DNA of 64,000 bases, from contig JAGIQG010000024.1 in the NCBI GenBank assembly GCA_024679065.1, positions 3,038,001-3,102,000 of the forward strand, in the 5' to 3' direction. This DNA comes from Sphyrna mokarran (taxonomy: Eukaryota). Positions 38,401 to 52,404 of the stretch are shown here, piece after piece; positions within the stretch are counted from its first letter, which is position 1, and every line of letters starts with the position of its first letter. A program made the translations under genes and the position numbers. The notes beneath the pieces are model-generated. The model ran no database searches. It saw nothing but the letters and a program-made list of their open reading frames with translations, and was not told the origin of the DNA.

Positions 38401-38530
38401 CCTACATATCCCTTCTTCCATGGCCCGCGGACTGTTGGGCGGTCTATAGTACACACCCAACATAGTAACCTCTCCCTTCCTATTCCTCAACTCCTCCCAT
38501 AGCGACTCAATTCCTAACTCAGCCATACCA
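35427..38530 (-). mobile_element. CR1 (subfamily B), 5'-truncated, with long SINE-containing 3' UTR
   Basis: ORFs 38176-38574, 37117-38088 and 36090-36893; AGAGC TSD at 35422 and 38531. Confidence 0.95.
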
Positions 38531-41500
38531 AGAGCCTTTTCTCTTGGATGGTGATGGCTAACACGAGGGGACATAGCTTTAAAGTGAGGGGTGATAATTA
38601 CAGGATGGATGTCAGAGGAAGGTTCTTTACTCAGAGGGTAGTAAGGGCATGGAATGCCCTGCCTGCAGCAGTTGTGGACTTGCCAACTTTAAGGGAGTTC
38701 AAATGGTCAGTGGATAGGCACATGGATAACATTGAAATAGTGTAGGTTAGAGGATCATTAGATTGGCTCCACTGGTCGATGCAACCTCGAGGGCCGAAGG
38801 GCCTGTACTGCGCTGTAATGTTCTATGTCTGTTCTATGACATAGGTGTCTTTGTTATCTAAGTGTTCCAGGGTTGAATGTAAGGCCAGGAAGATGGTGTC
38901 TGTTGTGGACATGTTGTGGTGGTAGGTGAAACATAGTGGATTCAGATACTCCAGGAGGCTGAAGTTGATTTGTGCCATGATTAACTTTTTGAAGCAATAC
39001 ATTGGTACATATTCAACCTTGTGTATCTTTTTCCTGAAGGACAAGGTAGAAGAGAGTATGGCCAGGATGCGTGGAGTCTCTGATTCTGCTGGCTGCTTTT
39101 CCGAGTCAGTGAAAAGTGTAGATGGAGTTAATGGATGGAAGGCTGGTTTGTGTGACAGGCTGGGATATGTTCACAACTCTCTGTAATTTCTTCCAGTCTT
39201 GGGCAGAGGCAGTTGCCATACAAGCATATCTGATGTATCCAGATAAGATGCTTTCTACAGTACATCAGTAAAATTTGGTAAGAGTTACAGGGCACATGCT
39301 GATTTTCCTTAGCTTTCTGAGGCAGATAGTAATGCTGCTTCTGGCTACAGGTCACCCTGCTGATAACTGGTCACTCAGTGTGGATAAATGCTAATGTACA
39401 CATTGTGTAAAAGTTTCATCATGCATGTTCAGTCCCTTTGCTTACTGTTTCCTGTTTGTAGCTTTTGTCTGAGACATCCCAGGCAAGGGCATCCACAATG
39501 GAAACAGATCAGATCCAAAAACAGAGAATGCTGGAAAATCACAGCAGGTCTGACAGCATCTGTGGGGAGAGAATAGAGCCAATGTTTTGAGTCTAGATGA
39601 CCCTTCATCAGAGTGATGAATTGTCATCTGGATTTGAAACGTTGACTTTTTTCTCTCTCTACAGAGACTGTCAGACCTGCTGAGATTTTCCAGCATTTTC
39701 TGTTTTTGTTTCAGATTCCAGCATCTGCAATATTTTGCTTTTGTGTTAGGATCAGATCCATTTTGTTTGCACCAGTAATTGTAGCTCACTGAAATGACAG
39801 CTGACTCCACACGGAGCTGCATTTATATACCGCCTTCCTAATTTTCTGTGCCCTCCCAACCAGAACTGTGCAAAATGGCAAAGGAAACAGTGTGCCCTGT
39901 GTTCAGTGTGATTGCTGCAACATTCTCTCTACTGGTGAAATGTGCAATTGCATCTGGTGCCCACACAGAGAGATCCTGGGAACAGGGATCCTATGGTGTG
40001 GTTCAGGGTTGCAATCTCTGCACAACCTTAACATGAGAGTAACTTTATCACTTGTATAAATATTTCTACTTTTACATTTTAACACGCTTCCATCAACAAC
40101 AACTTATATGTGTATATATTATTAACTATGTCAAACTGTCCCAAAACACCACACAGAAGAAACCTGATAACTCGCCAAATAAGATATTAGGGTGTATGAC
40201 CAAACAAATCAATAATAGGTTTTGTCCTTGAGGAGGAGAGAGAGAGAGAGAGATTTAGGGAGGGAATTGAAGAGTTTAGAATCTCAGCAGCTGAAAGTGA
40301 AGCCACCAAGGAGAGCAAAAGGCCCATGTACAGGTGGCAGCAAGGATGAGAGTTATACTGGGGGAATGGCCAGGGTAAAGGGAGAATAATGAGGACAAGG
40401 TAACAGGTGTAGATAGAAGTTTTTTAAAAAGTTCTGTAAGTGCAGAAATGTGGTGAATGCAAGGCCCAATTTGAAAGTGCCATTTTAAGTGATTTGAGCA
40501 AAGTTATTCCAGGATGGATACAAGGTGAAATGAGAAGGAAGGGGGATGTTGCTAAGGTCGATGTGAGAATGCCATGTAAGGTGGTAAGTCTAGTTATCTG
40601 ACCCAGCTTTAACACCCCCTTAAGAGGTTGGTGTAATTTCTTGCTGCGATGTTTTATTAATTTGAAATCATTTTATAAATCACACCAGTTGTTGCTGTAA
40701 AGATGTTTAGTTCCCTAATGCTCAGCAGGATAATTACATACTTATATCCGATGCGGTATATTTGAAATACACAGTGAACTATATCACTGTCCCTCGACCA
40801 ATGGGTTCTAGAGCTTTGGGCCTGGACGGCTGAAGACACAGCCACCAATGGTGTAGGGATTCAAAGTGAAGATGTTCAAGAGTTAGAATTCGAGGAACGC
40901 AGATATCTCAGAGGGTGTGGGGCTGGAGGAGATTACAGAGATAGGATTGGCTTGAGGCCATGGAGAAATTAGAAAACCAGGATGAGAATTTTAAAATCCG
41001 GACTTTGTTTGACTGGAGCCAAACTGGCCTTCTGGGATTTCATAGCATCATGAAGAGATTAAATGTCACAACAGATTAATGGGAGACCTTGATTTCTCGT
41101 CGACCAAAACAGGCAAAGTTTCTTTAGGAAGGCATTGAATACATCGAGCGATGTCATCATAAATACATAGAGTCAAAGTTATAGAATGCAAATTTCTGGC
41201 TGTTCACGCATCAGGATCTTCTGGTCTCACCAGTGGTGCATCCCTGCCGTGGGTCTGCTGATGGCAAGGGGAGATTCAACAGGAAACCCCATTGACAATG
41301 GCAGGATCAGGAGATCCTGCTGCTGACCAATGATGAGCCATTTCCACAAAACTACCTGAAAGTTGTATTTTGGAGAGGAGTGTGAGCAGCAGGATCTGGC
41401 TGTCCTTGTGTACCAGTCGCTGAAGGTAGGCATGCAGGTGCAGCAAGCGATATAGAAGGCAAATGGCATGTTGGCCTCCATTGTGCAAGGTTTTGAGTAC

Positions 41501-44500
41501 AGGAGCAGGGATGTGTTGTTGCAATTATACAGGGCCTTGGTGAGACCACGGCTAGAATATTGTTAAAGAGGTTTACAGCATGGAAACAGGCCCTTTGACC
41601 CAAATTGTCCATGCTACCCTTTTTTTAAACCCAAGCTAATTCCAATTGCCTGCATTTGGCCTATATCCCTCTATACCCATCTCACCCATGTAACTATCTA
41701 AAAGTTTTTTAAAAGACAAAATTGTACTCGCCTCTACTATTGTCTCTGACAGCTTGTTCCAGATACTCACCACCCTCTATGTGAAAAAATTTTCCTTCTC
41801 GACACTTCTGTATCTCTCCCCTCTCACTTTAAACCTATGTTCTCGAGTTTTAGACTCCCCTACGTTTGGAAAAAGATATTGACTAGCTGATCTGTGCCTC
41901 TCATTATTTTATAGACGTCTATAAGATCACCCCTCAGCCTTCTATGCTCCAGAGAAAAAGGTCCCAGTCTATCCACCCTCTCCTTATAACTCAAACCATC
42001 TAATCCCAGTAGCATCCTAATAAATCTTTTCTCCACTCTTTCTAGTTTAATAATATCCTTTCTACAATAGGATGGCCAGAACTGTACACAGTATTCTAAG
42101 TGTTGCCTTACCAATGTCTTGTACAACTTCAACAAGATGTCCCAACTCCTGTATTCAATGTTCTGACCGATGAAACCCAGTATGCCGCAATTTCCTCCCT
42201 CGTCTCCCACAACGTCCTGGGATACACCTCATCAGATCCTGGGGATTTATCTAACTTGATGTGCTTTAAGACTTCCAGCACCTTCTTCTCTGTAATATGT
42301 ACACTCCTCAAGACATCACTATTTATTTCCCTAAGTTGCCTAACATCCATGCTTTTCTCAACAATAGATACTGATGAGAAATATTCATTTAGGGTCTCAC
42401 CCACTTCTTGTGGATCCACACACAGGTTATCTTGTTGATCTCTAAAAGGCCCTGCTCTCTCCCTTGTTACTCTTTTGCCCTTTATGTATTTGTAGAAGTT
42501 CTTTGGATTCTCCTTTGACTTATTTGCCAAAACAATCTCATGTCTCCTTTTTGCCATCCTGACTTCTTTCTTAACTCAACTCCTACACCCCCTATATTCT
42601 TCAAGAGAGTCACTTAATCCCAGCTGCCTATGCATGTTATGAACCTCTTTTCTAAACCAGGGCCGTAATATCCCAAGTCATCCAGAGTTCCCTGCTCCTG
42701 CCAGTCTTGCCGTTCACTGTAAGAGGACTGCGTTTAACTTGAACCCTGGTTAATACGTTTTTGAGTGCATGCCACTTACCAGATATCTCTTTGCCTTCCC
42801 ACAGATTTCTCCAGTTAACTTTTGAAAGTTCCTGACTGATACCATCAAAATTGGTCTTGTCCAATTGAGAACTTTAACGTTTCGGCCAGACCTTTCATTC
42901 TCCATAGCTATCTTAAAACTAAGAATTATGGTCACTGGTCCCAAAGTGATCCCTCACTAACACTTCTGTCACCTGCCCTTCCTTATTTCCCATTAGGAGG
43001 TCAGGTTCTGGCCCTCTCTACTCAGACCATCCACATACTGAATGAGAAATTCCTCCTGAATACACTCAACAAATTTCTCTCCATCCAATCCTCTAATACT
43101 ATGGCTTTCCCAGTCAATGTTCGGAAAGCTAAAATCTACAACTATTACCACCCTATTTTTCTTGGAGCTATATGTAATCTCCTTACATTTTTGTTCCTCA
43201 ATTTCCTGCCGACTATTTGGGGGTCTATAGTACAACCCTATCAAAGTGATTTCCCCCTTCTTATTTCTCAGTTCGACTCATAGAGACTGTGGTATATCCC
43301 CTTTCAGTACTGCCCTGATGCTTTCTCTAATCAAAAGTACAGCTCCCCCTCCTCTCTTACCTCCTGTTCTATCTTTCCGATAACATCTGTACCTTGGAAC
43401 ATTGAGCTGCCAGTCCTATCCCTCCCTTAGTCATGTTTCAGCAATTGCTATAATATCCCAGTCCAACATACCGACCCATGCCCTGAGTTCATCTGCCTTG
43501 CCCATCAGGCCTCTTGCATTGAAATAAATGCAATTTTATCTGGACTTTCCTTGCTCTGTTTTGATTTTGCCTGATCTGTCTGGTTCTAGGATTACTGACA
43601 CTGTCTTTACTACTTAACGTGCTCTCTTTAACTTCTGTGCTGTCCTCAGACTTCTCTTGTCTCTCTACTACTTTGGATCCCACCTTTCTGCCAAACTAGT
43701 TTAAACACTCCCAAGTGTCTGTAGCAAATCTCCCCGCCAGGATGTTAGTCCCCCTCCAGTACAGGTGTAACGCGTCCCTCTTGAGCAAGTCAGCCCTTCG
43801 CCAGAAAAGATCCCAATAATTCAAAAATCTAAAACCCTGCCCGCTGCACCAGCTCTCGAGCCATGCATTTACCTGCCTAATCCTCCTATTCCTACTCTCA
43901 CTAGCATGTGGCATTACTGCCTTCAGGGGCCTGCATTTTAGCCTTCTGCCTAACTCTCTGTATTCCTACTTCAGGAGCTCATCCCTTTTCCCATCTATGC
44001 CGTTGGTACCAATATGTACAACAACCTCTGGCTGCTCACCCTCCTCCTTAAGAATGTCCTGAAATGGCTCAGAGATGTCCTTGATCCTGGCACCAGGAAG
44101 GCAACACACCATCCTGGAGTCTCGACTGTGGCTGTAGAAACGCCTGTCTGTGCGTCTAATGAGTCCCCTACTACTATTGTTCACTTGCTCTTTGCCCGAC
44201 CCTGTCCCAGGATCCAGCTGTGGTGTCACAGGCCTGGCTACTGCTGCCTCCCTCTAACAGGTTATTCCTCTCAACAGCATCTAAAATGATTTACCTGTCT
44301 GAAAGGGGAATAGCCACAGGCGATTCCTGCACTACCTGCCTGCCTCTCCTGGCAGTCACCCTCTCAAATCTGTCTGAACTTGTGGTGTGACAAACTCCCT
44401 GTATACTCCACAATGCATCCACCTGCTGCTCCAACCGAACAACACGGTCTGTGAGGAACTGCAACTGGACACACTTCCTACAGACAAGGGTTGTCCAGGG

Positions 44501-47395
44501 AGATGAATCGCTCCCTTATTTCCCACATCTAGCAGGAGGAGCATACCACTGCCCTAGCTGCCATACTGCCCTTATACAGGTAAAAGGATCAAAAAATCTC
44601 AACTCCCTTGCTTGTCGGCCTCCTGCTGATTTTTTTTAAATTCAAAAATATACCTTATTCATTAAAAAAACCTCTCAAACAATTGCAAAATTGTTTTTGA
44701 CAGATCCAAGAATTACAAACAGTGCAAAAGAATCATTTTTACCATAAAATATATTTAATACTACATATATACATCAGATTTTACTGTGTAATGTTATTTT
44801 TCAGATTGTCACATTGTCACGCAGGCTGAGTGTATTCTAGTTACCAAGCCCACAATCTGCCTCAAGTTGAAATGCTTTACATGGTGGCCTTTCCCCTCCG
44901 TGCCTTTGCAGCAACTGCCCCAGGCATGTGCGTGTCCCTCGGCACGTAGTCCTGGACTTTGGAACATGCCAATCTGCAACACTCGGTGGAAGACAATTTT
45001 TTCAACTGGAAGATCAGCAAATTTCAGGTGGACCAAAGAGCACAGAGTCCTGCTTCACTGAGCTGGGACGAACCTCGTCAAATACCATTGAATCTCACTC
45101 CAGACCTTCTTTGCAAAGGCACATTGCACAAGAAGGTGTGCGATTGTCTCATCAGCCCTGCAGTTGCTTTGAGGGCAGCGTGCATAAAGTCTCCATTCAA
45201 AACTTTTTCAGAAACGTCCGTGTGAAAAAGAATAGGCGGAAATAGCATTAAGAAGAATCCTATTATATTTAGAAGATAGAAAACTACGGCACAAACAGGC
45301 CCTTTGCCCCACAAGTTGCACCAATTATATCCGTACCTACCAGGCCTATCTGTAACTCTCAATCCCATTAAATCCCATGTATTCATCCATAAAAGACCCC
45401 AGTGAGTTTGCCTCCATCACCACCAACAGCAACCGATTCCACTCACTCACCACCCTCTGAGTGAAAAACTTACCCCTGACATCTCCTCTGTACCTGCTCC
45501 CCAACACCTTAAACCTATGTCCTCTTGTAGCGACCATTTCAGCCCTGGAACATAGCCTCCGAGAATCCACCCTATCTATACCTCTCAACAATTTATAAAC
45601 CTCTATCAGGTCGCCTCTCAATCTTTGTTTCTCCAGGGAGAAAAGACCGAGCTCCCTCAACCTATCCTCATAAGGCATGCCTCCCAATCCAGGCAATATC
45701 CTTGTAAATCTCCTCTGCACCCTCTCAATAGCTTCCACATCCTTCTTGTAGTGAGGCGACCAGAACTGCGCACAGTACTCCAAGTGGGGTCTGACTAGGA
45801 TCTTATAAAGTTTCAGCATTATCTCCCGATTCCTAAACTCAATCCCTTGATTAATGAAGGCTAGCACACCGTATGCCTTCTTGACCACATCCCCAACCTG
45901 CGAGGCTGATTTAAGACTCCTATGGACCCAGACCCCAAGGTCCTTCTGATCCTCTACACTGCTAAGAGTTCTATCCTTGATATTGTACTCTATCCCACTG
46001 GACCTGCCAAAATGGACCACTACACAGTTATCTGTGTTGAAGTCCATCTGTCACTTCTCCGCCCAGTTTTGCATCTTACCTATATCTCGCTGCAACTTCT
46101 GACATCCCTCCAGACTATCCACAACACTACCGACCATGTTGTCAGCAAACTTACTAATCCATCCCTCCACTTCCTCATCCAGGTCATTTATGAAGATGAC
46201 CAACAGCAAGGGTGCTAGGGCAGTTCCCTGGGGCACTCCACTGGTGACTGACCTTCATGTAGAAAAAACCCATCCACAACCACTCTCTGCCTTCTGCAGG
46301 CAAGCCAGTTCTGGATCCACAAGGCAACAGCTTCTTGGATTCCATGCCCTCTCACTTTCTCAGTAAGTCTTGCATGGGGGACCTTATAAAACGCCTTGCT
46401 GAAGTCCATGTAAACCACATTCACTGCTCTTCCTTCATCAATGTGTTCAGTCACATTTTCAAAGAACTCAACTAGGCTCGTAAGGCACAACCTGCCCTTG
46501 ACAAAGCTGTGCTGACTATTTCTGATCATACTAAACTTCTCTAAATGTTCATAAATCCTGTCCCTCAGGATCCTCCCCATCAACTTACCAACCACTGAGG
46601 TCAGACTCACTGGTGGGTAATTTCCCAGGCTATCCCTGTTCCCTTTCTTCAAACTAGAAACCACATCCGCAAATCCTCCAGAATCTTTCCCGTCTCCATC
46701 GACGATGAAAGGTCATCGCCAGGAGCTCTGCAATCTCTTCCCTCACCTTCAACAGTAACCTGGGATACATCCCATCCGGTCCCAGTGACTTATCTATCTT
46801 GATAGAATTTAAAAGTTAACACATCCTCTTTCTTAACGTCCATATACTCAATCTTTTCAGTCCGCCACAAACCTGCAGTACAACCTCCCAGATCATTTTC
46901 CACCGTGAATACCAAGGCAAAGTACTCATTAAGCATCTCTGCCGTTTCTTCCTATTCCACACAGACTTTTCCCCCTTCATCTTTTTTAGGTCCTATCCCT
47001 TCACTTCTCATCTTTTTACTCTTCACATATTTGTAGAATGTTTTGGGATTCTCCTTAATCCTACCTGCCAAGGCCTTCTCATGACCTCTTCTGGCTCTCC
47101 TAATTTCCTTTTTAAGTTCTCTGTTTATTGAGGAAGCCTATATCTTTTGCCTTTTTTTAATATTAAAAAATTCTTCTCTCCAATAGGACAGGCACACTGG
47201 AAGGGTGCAGATATCAGGGATGGAAGCTGCTGCATCTTTCTCCAACTCTTAATCCTAAAAATTGAATCTTCCAACAGCTCAACTGTTACAGAACTATAAA
47301 GAGTTGTTATACTGCTAACTTGCAGTAATAAATATTGTCTTCCAGGAGCAGGCACCATTAGACAGATTGCTGAAAGGTTTATGTCAGAAAATATG

Positions 47396-47499
47396 TCATT
47401 CTGGTGGAACACATTTGTAAATCATAGCTAGAATTAGCATGAATGCCAAACATAAAATTATGGCAACACCTACACACCAATACTTTCTTTCCTCAGTAT
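47396..47499 (-). CDS. Second copy of the putative TM-B terminal exon
   Basis: Identical to 11234-11337. Confidence 0.6.
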
Positions 47500-47583
47500 C
47501 TGTAAAAAAACCTTATGGAAAAATATTTCAGTGTTAGTTGACATTTTTTGATTTAACAACCTGTCGCCTCATTTGGTAACACC

Positions 47584-47877
47584 GAGCCTGCGCAGTGCCG
47601 GCAATGACGGGAACGAGAACGCGCATTGCCGGCAATAACGTGAATGAGCCTGCGCAGTGCCGGCAATGACGGGACCGAGAACGCGCATTGCCGGCAATAA
47701 CGTGAATGAGCCTGCGCAGTGCCGGCAATGACGGGAAAGAGCCTGCGCACTGCTGGCAATGAGGGAATGAACCTGCGCAGTGCCGGACATCAGGGAACGA
47801 GCCTGCACCGTGCCGGCAATGACGGGAACGAGTTTGCGCAGTGCCGGAAATGACGGGAATGAGCCTGCGCAATGCCG
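47584..47877. repeat. Second copy of the 31-bp CpG-rich minisatellite
   Basis: Identical to 11422-11715. Confidence 0.95.
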
Positions 47878-49149
47878 ATTGGCTCTTAGAGTTTGAGAGA
47901 GGGAATTGTTTTGATGATATTTGTCTAAGTTGCTATGGATGAGACTAAAATATGTCTCTGTCAATAAAATGGACGGATTGTTTTCCAGACAGATGAATGT
48001 TTGGCTATTTTTGATTTGATTTATTATTGTCACATGTATTAATATACAGTGAAAATTATTGTTTCTTGCGTTCCATACAGACAAAGCATACCATTCATAG
48101 AGAAAGAACGGAGATAGTGTAGAATATCGTGTTACAGTCAGAGTGTAGAGAAAGATCAACTTAATGTGAGGTAGGTCCATTCAAAACTTTGATGGCAGCA
48201 GCGAAGAAGCTGTGACCTCAGACTTTTGTATCTTTTTCCCAACGGAAGAAGATGGAGGAGAGAATGTCCGAGGTGCATGGGGTCCTTAATTATGCTGACT
48301 GCTTTGCTAAGGTAGCGGGAAGTGTAGACAGAGTCAATGGATGGAAGCCTGGTTTGTGTGATAGACTGGGTTTATTTCATGACCCTTTGTAGTTTCTTGC
48401 AGTCTTAAGCAGGCAAGGAGCCACATCAAGCTGTGATGCAACCAGAAAAAATGGTTTCTATGCCGCATCTGTAAAAGTTAGTGAGAGTCGTAGCTGACAT
48501 ACCAAATTTCCTTGATCTTCTGAGAAAGTAGAGCATTGGTGGGCTTTCTGAACTGTAGTGTTGGCGTCGGGTGGAGGGGGAGGGGGAACTAGGACAGGTT
48601 GTTGGTGATCTAAAAACTTGAAGCTCTCGACCATTTCTACTTCACCCCCATGACAGCGACATGTCCTCCACCACACTTATTGAAGTCGATAACTATCTCA
48701 TCCATTTTGTTGACTTTGAGGAAGAAATTATTGTCATTGCACCGGTTCACCAGATTCTCTATCTCTTTCTTGTACTTGTCATTCTTTGAGTCAGATTGTG
48801 ATTTAAATACTGTTCCTGTACTTAGGAAGACTCTCTTTACTGTCTCCAGGATATAACGGAAAAGTTTTTTCTCTCTCTCTTTACCATCTTTGCTTTCCAT
48901 AGGATGTATCACCCTTTAGCTCTTCCAAAATTTTGCTGTTCTTATCCACAGAGCTGCTAACTCTCACCCTGAGTCACTGGTCCACCTTAGTTTCTGGTCA
49001 TCACAGCAGCTTCAATTTAAAATTTTCATTCTGGTTTAAGTTCACCTACATCTCTTAAAATTTTTCATAAAATCCATGTCGATGATCAAACATTTACCAA
49101 CCCCTCCTAATATCTCTCTTCAGGTATCAGATATACGTCAGTGGTAGGA

Positions 49150-49475
49150 GGTTGTTGTTCACGACCCACTCCAGAGACTGACAGTCCCATTGCAGTATTT
49201 AGGCAGTGCTGAACAGAGGAAAGGTCCACCACTCTCCGACTCTGTTTCTCATGTGGGTGTAAAGGATGAAAGGGCACTATTTGTGATCAACAGCTGGGAG
49301 GTTATCCCCAGTGTCCCAACTGTTATTGTTATTCAATCATTAAAGAAACAAATTAGCTGGAAATTATCCATTTGGGAGCTAGCTGTGCACACATTGCCTG
49401 CTGGTTTCCTATATTACAACAATGGCCTCACTTCAAACATCCTTCCTTTGGTGTAAATTGTTTGGAGAGGTACAG
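49150..49475 (+). mobile_element. Degenerate DeuSINE (SacSINE1-like)
   Basis: gtaaaggat..ggcactattt..gctgtgcacacattgcctgctggtttcctatattacaac resembles the Deu-domain SINE, recognised from memory. Confidence 0.45.
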
Positions 49476-49883
49476 GTGCTGTTTGCAGCTGATTTCTGCC
49501 AATTCAAGGTGCTTTGGAATGTGTTGCATTTGCCTTTGTTTCTGATTTAAGCTATTACTACACATGGAAACATAGAAAATATGAGTTGAAGGAGGAGCTT
49601 CAGCCTTTCGAGCCTGACGCTCCATTCATTATGATGACGGCTGATCATCCAACTCATTAGCCTGATCCCACCTTCCCCCGTCCCCCCCCAACATATCCTT
49701 TGATCACCTTCGCCTCAAGTATAGAAACTTAAAAAATATCAAGTATAGAAGTTATCCAATGTTTTTAAAAAATCATAAATTAAATTCTTAAAACTGGTGA
49801 CAGTATTTTAATCTATGAACAAAGAAAATCACATTAACAGTGAAACTACTGTCTTGATATCTGAGTTATTTCCTTTTTCACAG

Positions 49884-50089
49884 AAGTGAAAACTTCAGAA
49901 GTACGTATAGGGAATCGATGGTCACTTGAAGTCTCTCTTCTTGTCTCTGAATTTCTAATGATTTTAATTCTGGTCAGAGCTATGTACAAGAGACATCTTC
50001 AACTGAAAATTAAATATCAACATAATATTGCAAGTCTTGATGGATCACTCAAGAAAATGTATGTAATCAGAAGCTACCACCTCCAGTAG
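49884..50089 (+). pseudogene. Inverted paralog of the B7-like TM exon (TM-C): EVKTSEVRIGNRWSLEVSLLVSEFLMILILVRAMYKRHLQ...LDGSLKKMYVIRSYHLQ*
   Basis: DNA homology to the reverse complement of ~17730-18065, including ~130 nt of intron (aaaaaatcataaatt..attcttaaaactg), an intact acceptor and CGATGGTCACTTG; no Ig exons seen upstream on the plus strand. Confidence 0.75.
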
Positions 50090-50371
50090 CCTTGAGGGCA
50101 GATGGAGTTTTTGTTTTTCACAGCCTTGTCCAAATTCAGATGATATTTTAACCTTTTCAAAGTATTGAAAACTATCTGATCAATATTTTTTGTACTTATA
50201 ATCTGTAGCCAATGCATCCCAATTTTACCCTCGTGTAACCCTGCTGAAACTCATTTGGAAACAGATCTACCCAGTTCTAAGTAGTCTTGTCATCTGCACT
50301 TTGGCCAGTTTGATTAACATGCTTTTGGCAATCTTTTTATTGCAGCATGAATCAAGACTCAAACTCTATCT

Positions 50372-52170
50372 TAAGAACATAAGAACAAGGAGCAGCAGTA
50401 GGCTATCTGAGCTCTCGAGTCTGCTCCACCATTCAATAAGATCATGGCTGATCTTTTCATGGACTCAGCTCCACTACCCACCCACTCACCATAATCCTTA
50501 ATTCCTTTACTGTTCAAAAATTTATCTTTCCTTGCCTTAAAAAAATTCGAAGAGGTCGCCTCAACTGCCTCACTGGGCGGGGAATTCCAGAGATTCACAA
50601 TCTCCGGAATCAACCTAGTAAATCTCCTGTGCACACTTCCCAGTGCCAGTTTATTCTTCCTCAAGTAAGGTGACCAAATCTGTACACAGACCTCCAGGTG
50701 TGGCCTCACCATCATCTACTAATCCCTCTAACCTCTCCTGGGACATTAAGGGGCAATTTAGTATGGCCAATTAATATAACCTGCACATTTTTGGACTGAG
50801 AGAGAAAACCTGAGCATCTGGAGAAAACCCACACAGACACGAGGAGGATGTGCAAATTCCACACAGAGAGTGACCCAAGTCGGGAATCGAACCCAGGTCC
50901 TTGGAGCTGTGAAGTAGCAGTGCTAACTACTGTGTTACCATGCCTCCCAAACTGTATACAACTGCAACATAACCTCACTGTTTTTAAACTCCATCCCTCT
51001 AGCAATGAAAGACTAAATTCCATTTGCCTTTTAATTACCTGCTGCACCTGCAAACCAATATTTTGCAATTCATGCACAGGGACTCCCAGGTCCCTCTGCA
51101 CAACAGCATGCTGCAATTTTTTAACCATTTAAATAGTCCATTTTGCTGTTATTTGTACCAAAATGGTTGACCTCATATTTATCAACATTGTACTCCATCT
51201 GCCAGACTCTCGCCCATTCACTTAAAACTATCTATTTCCTTTGCAGACTTCCAATGTCCTCTGCACACTTTGTTCTACCACTCATCTTAGAGTATTCTGC
51301 GAATTTTGAAACACTGCACTTGTTCCCAACTCCAAATTATCGATGTTAGTTGTAAACAGTTGTGGTCCCAACGCTGATCCCTGAGGCACACCATTAATCA
51401 CTGATCGCCAATCAGAAAAACACCCATTTACCCCCACTCTTTTTTTTCACAAAAGCATGCTGCAACTTTTTAATCACTTAAATAATAACCAATCCTCCAT
51501 CCATGCTAATACATTACCCATAACACCATACACCTTTATATTACGTAGCAATCTTCGGTGCAGCACCTTGTCAAATGCCTTCTGGAAATCCAGCTACATC
51601 ACATCCCTAGGCTCCCTATTGTCTACCGCACTTGTCATGTCCTCAAAGAATTCCACTAAATGACCTGCCTTTCATGAACCCATGCTGCGTCTTCCCAATG
51701 GGATAATCCAGGTGTGTCGCTATTTGTTCCTTGGTGATGGATTCAAGTATTTTCCCTGTGACAAAAGTTAAACTAACTGGCCTATAGTTATCCACCTTTT
51801 GTTTGCTTCTTTTCTGAAACAGTGGCGTCACATTTGCTGTTTTCCAATCTGCCAGAACCACCCCAGTGAATTTTTGGCATGTTATTTGTGTCTTCCACTG
51901 TGAAGACCGACACAAAATACCTGTTGAGTGGCTCTATCATTTCCTCATTTCCCGTTATTAAATCCCCCTTCTCATTCTCTAAAGGACAAATGTTTACCAT
52001 AGCCACTCTTTTTCATTTTATAGATTTGTAGAAACTTTTGCTATTTGATTTTATATTCTGAGTGAGTTTACTCTCGTAATCTACTTACTTTTTTTAATAC
52101 TTTTTTTCATTGCTTTCTGTTGACCTTTAAAGATTTCCCAGTCCTTTAGTTTCACGCTAATCTTTGCCAC
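50372..52170 (-). mobile_element. Degenerate CR1 containing an HE1 SINE
   Basis: DNYRPVSLT, TQHGFMKGRS and MVRPHLEVC fragments. Confidence 0.85.
50712..50948 (-). mobile_element. HE1/V-SINE tRNA-derived SINE
   Basis: A-box TGGTAACACAGTAG, B-box GGTTCGATTCC, V-domain GTGGGTTTTCTCCAGATGCTCAGGTTTTC. Confidence 0.8.
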
Positions 52171-52404
52171 TTTGCCATGTTCACCAATTGACAAAATGTG
52201 ATGATTTAAAGGTGCCTTGTTGTTGATAGCAGAATCTGAGCTCCACAGCAACCATTGCTGCCTCAGCTACAGTATTAAAATCCAATTTGTCACTGGACTA
52301 ATAATCTAGGGACACAGGTTCAAATCCCAGCATGGCAAATGGTGAAATTTGAGTTGCATACAAATCTGGAATTAAAATTCTAATGATCACCATGAAACCA
52401 TTGT

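Larger units (their letters stand above)
33530..38836 (+). mobile_element. CR1 (subfamily A), 5'-truncated, interrupted by two younger insertions
   Basis: Collinear RT pieces at 33530-34004, 34439-35426 and 38531-38836; short TGAC TSD. Confidence 0.88.
38322..48654 (+). repeat. Segmental duplication copy 2, left block (same repeats, TM-B exon and minisatellite as 2160-12492)
   Basis: Identity at offset 36162. Confidence 0.97.
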
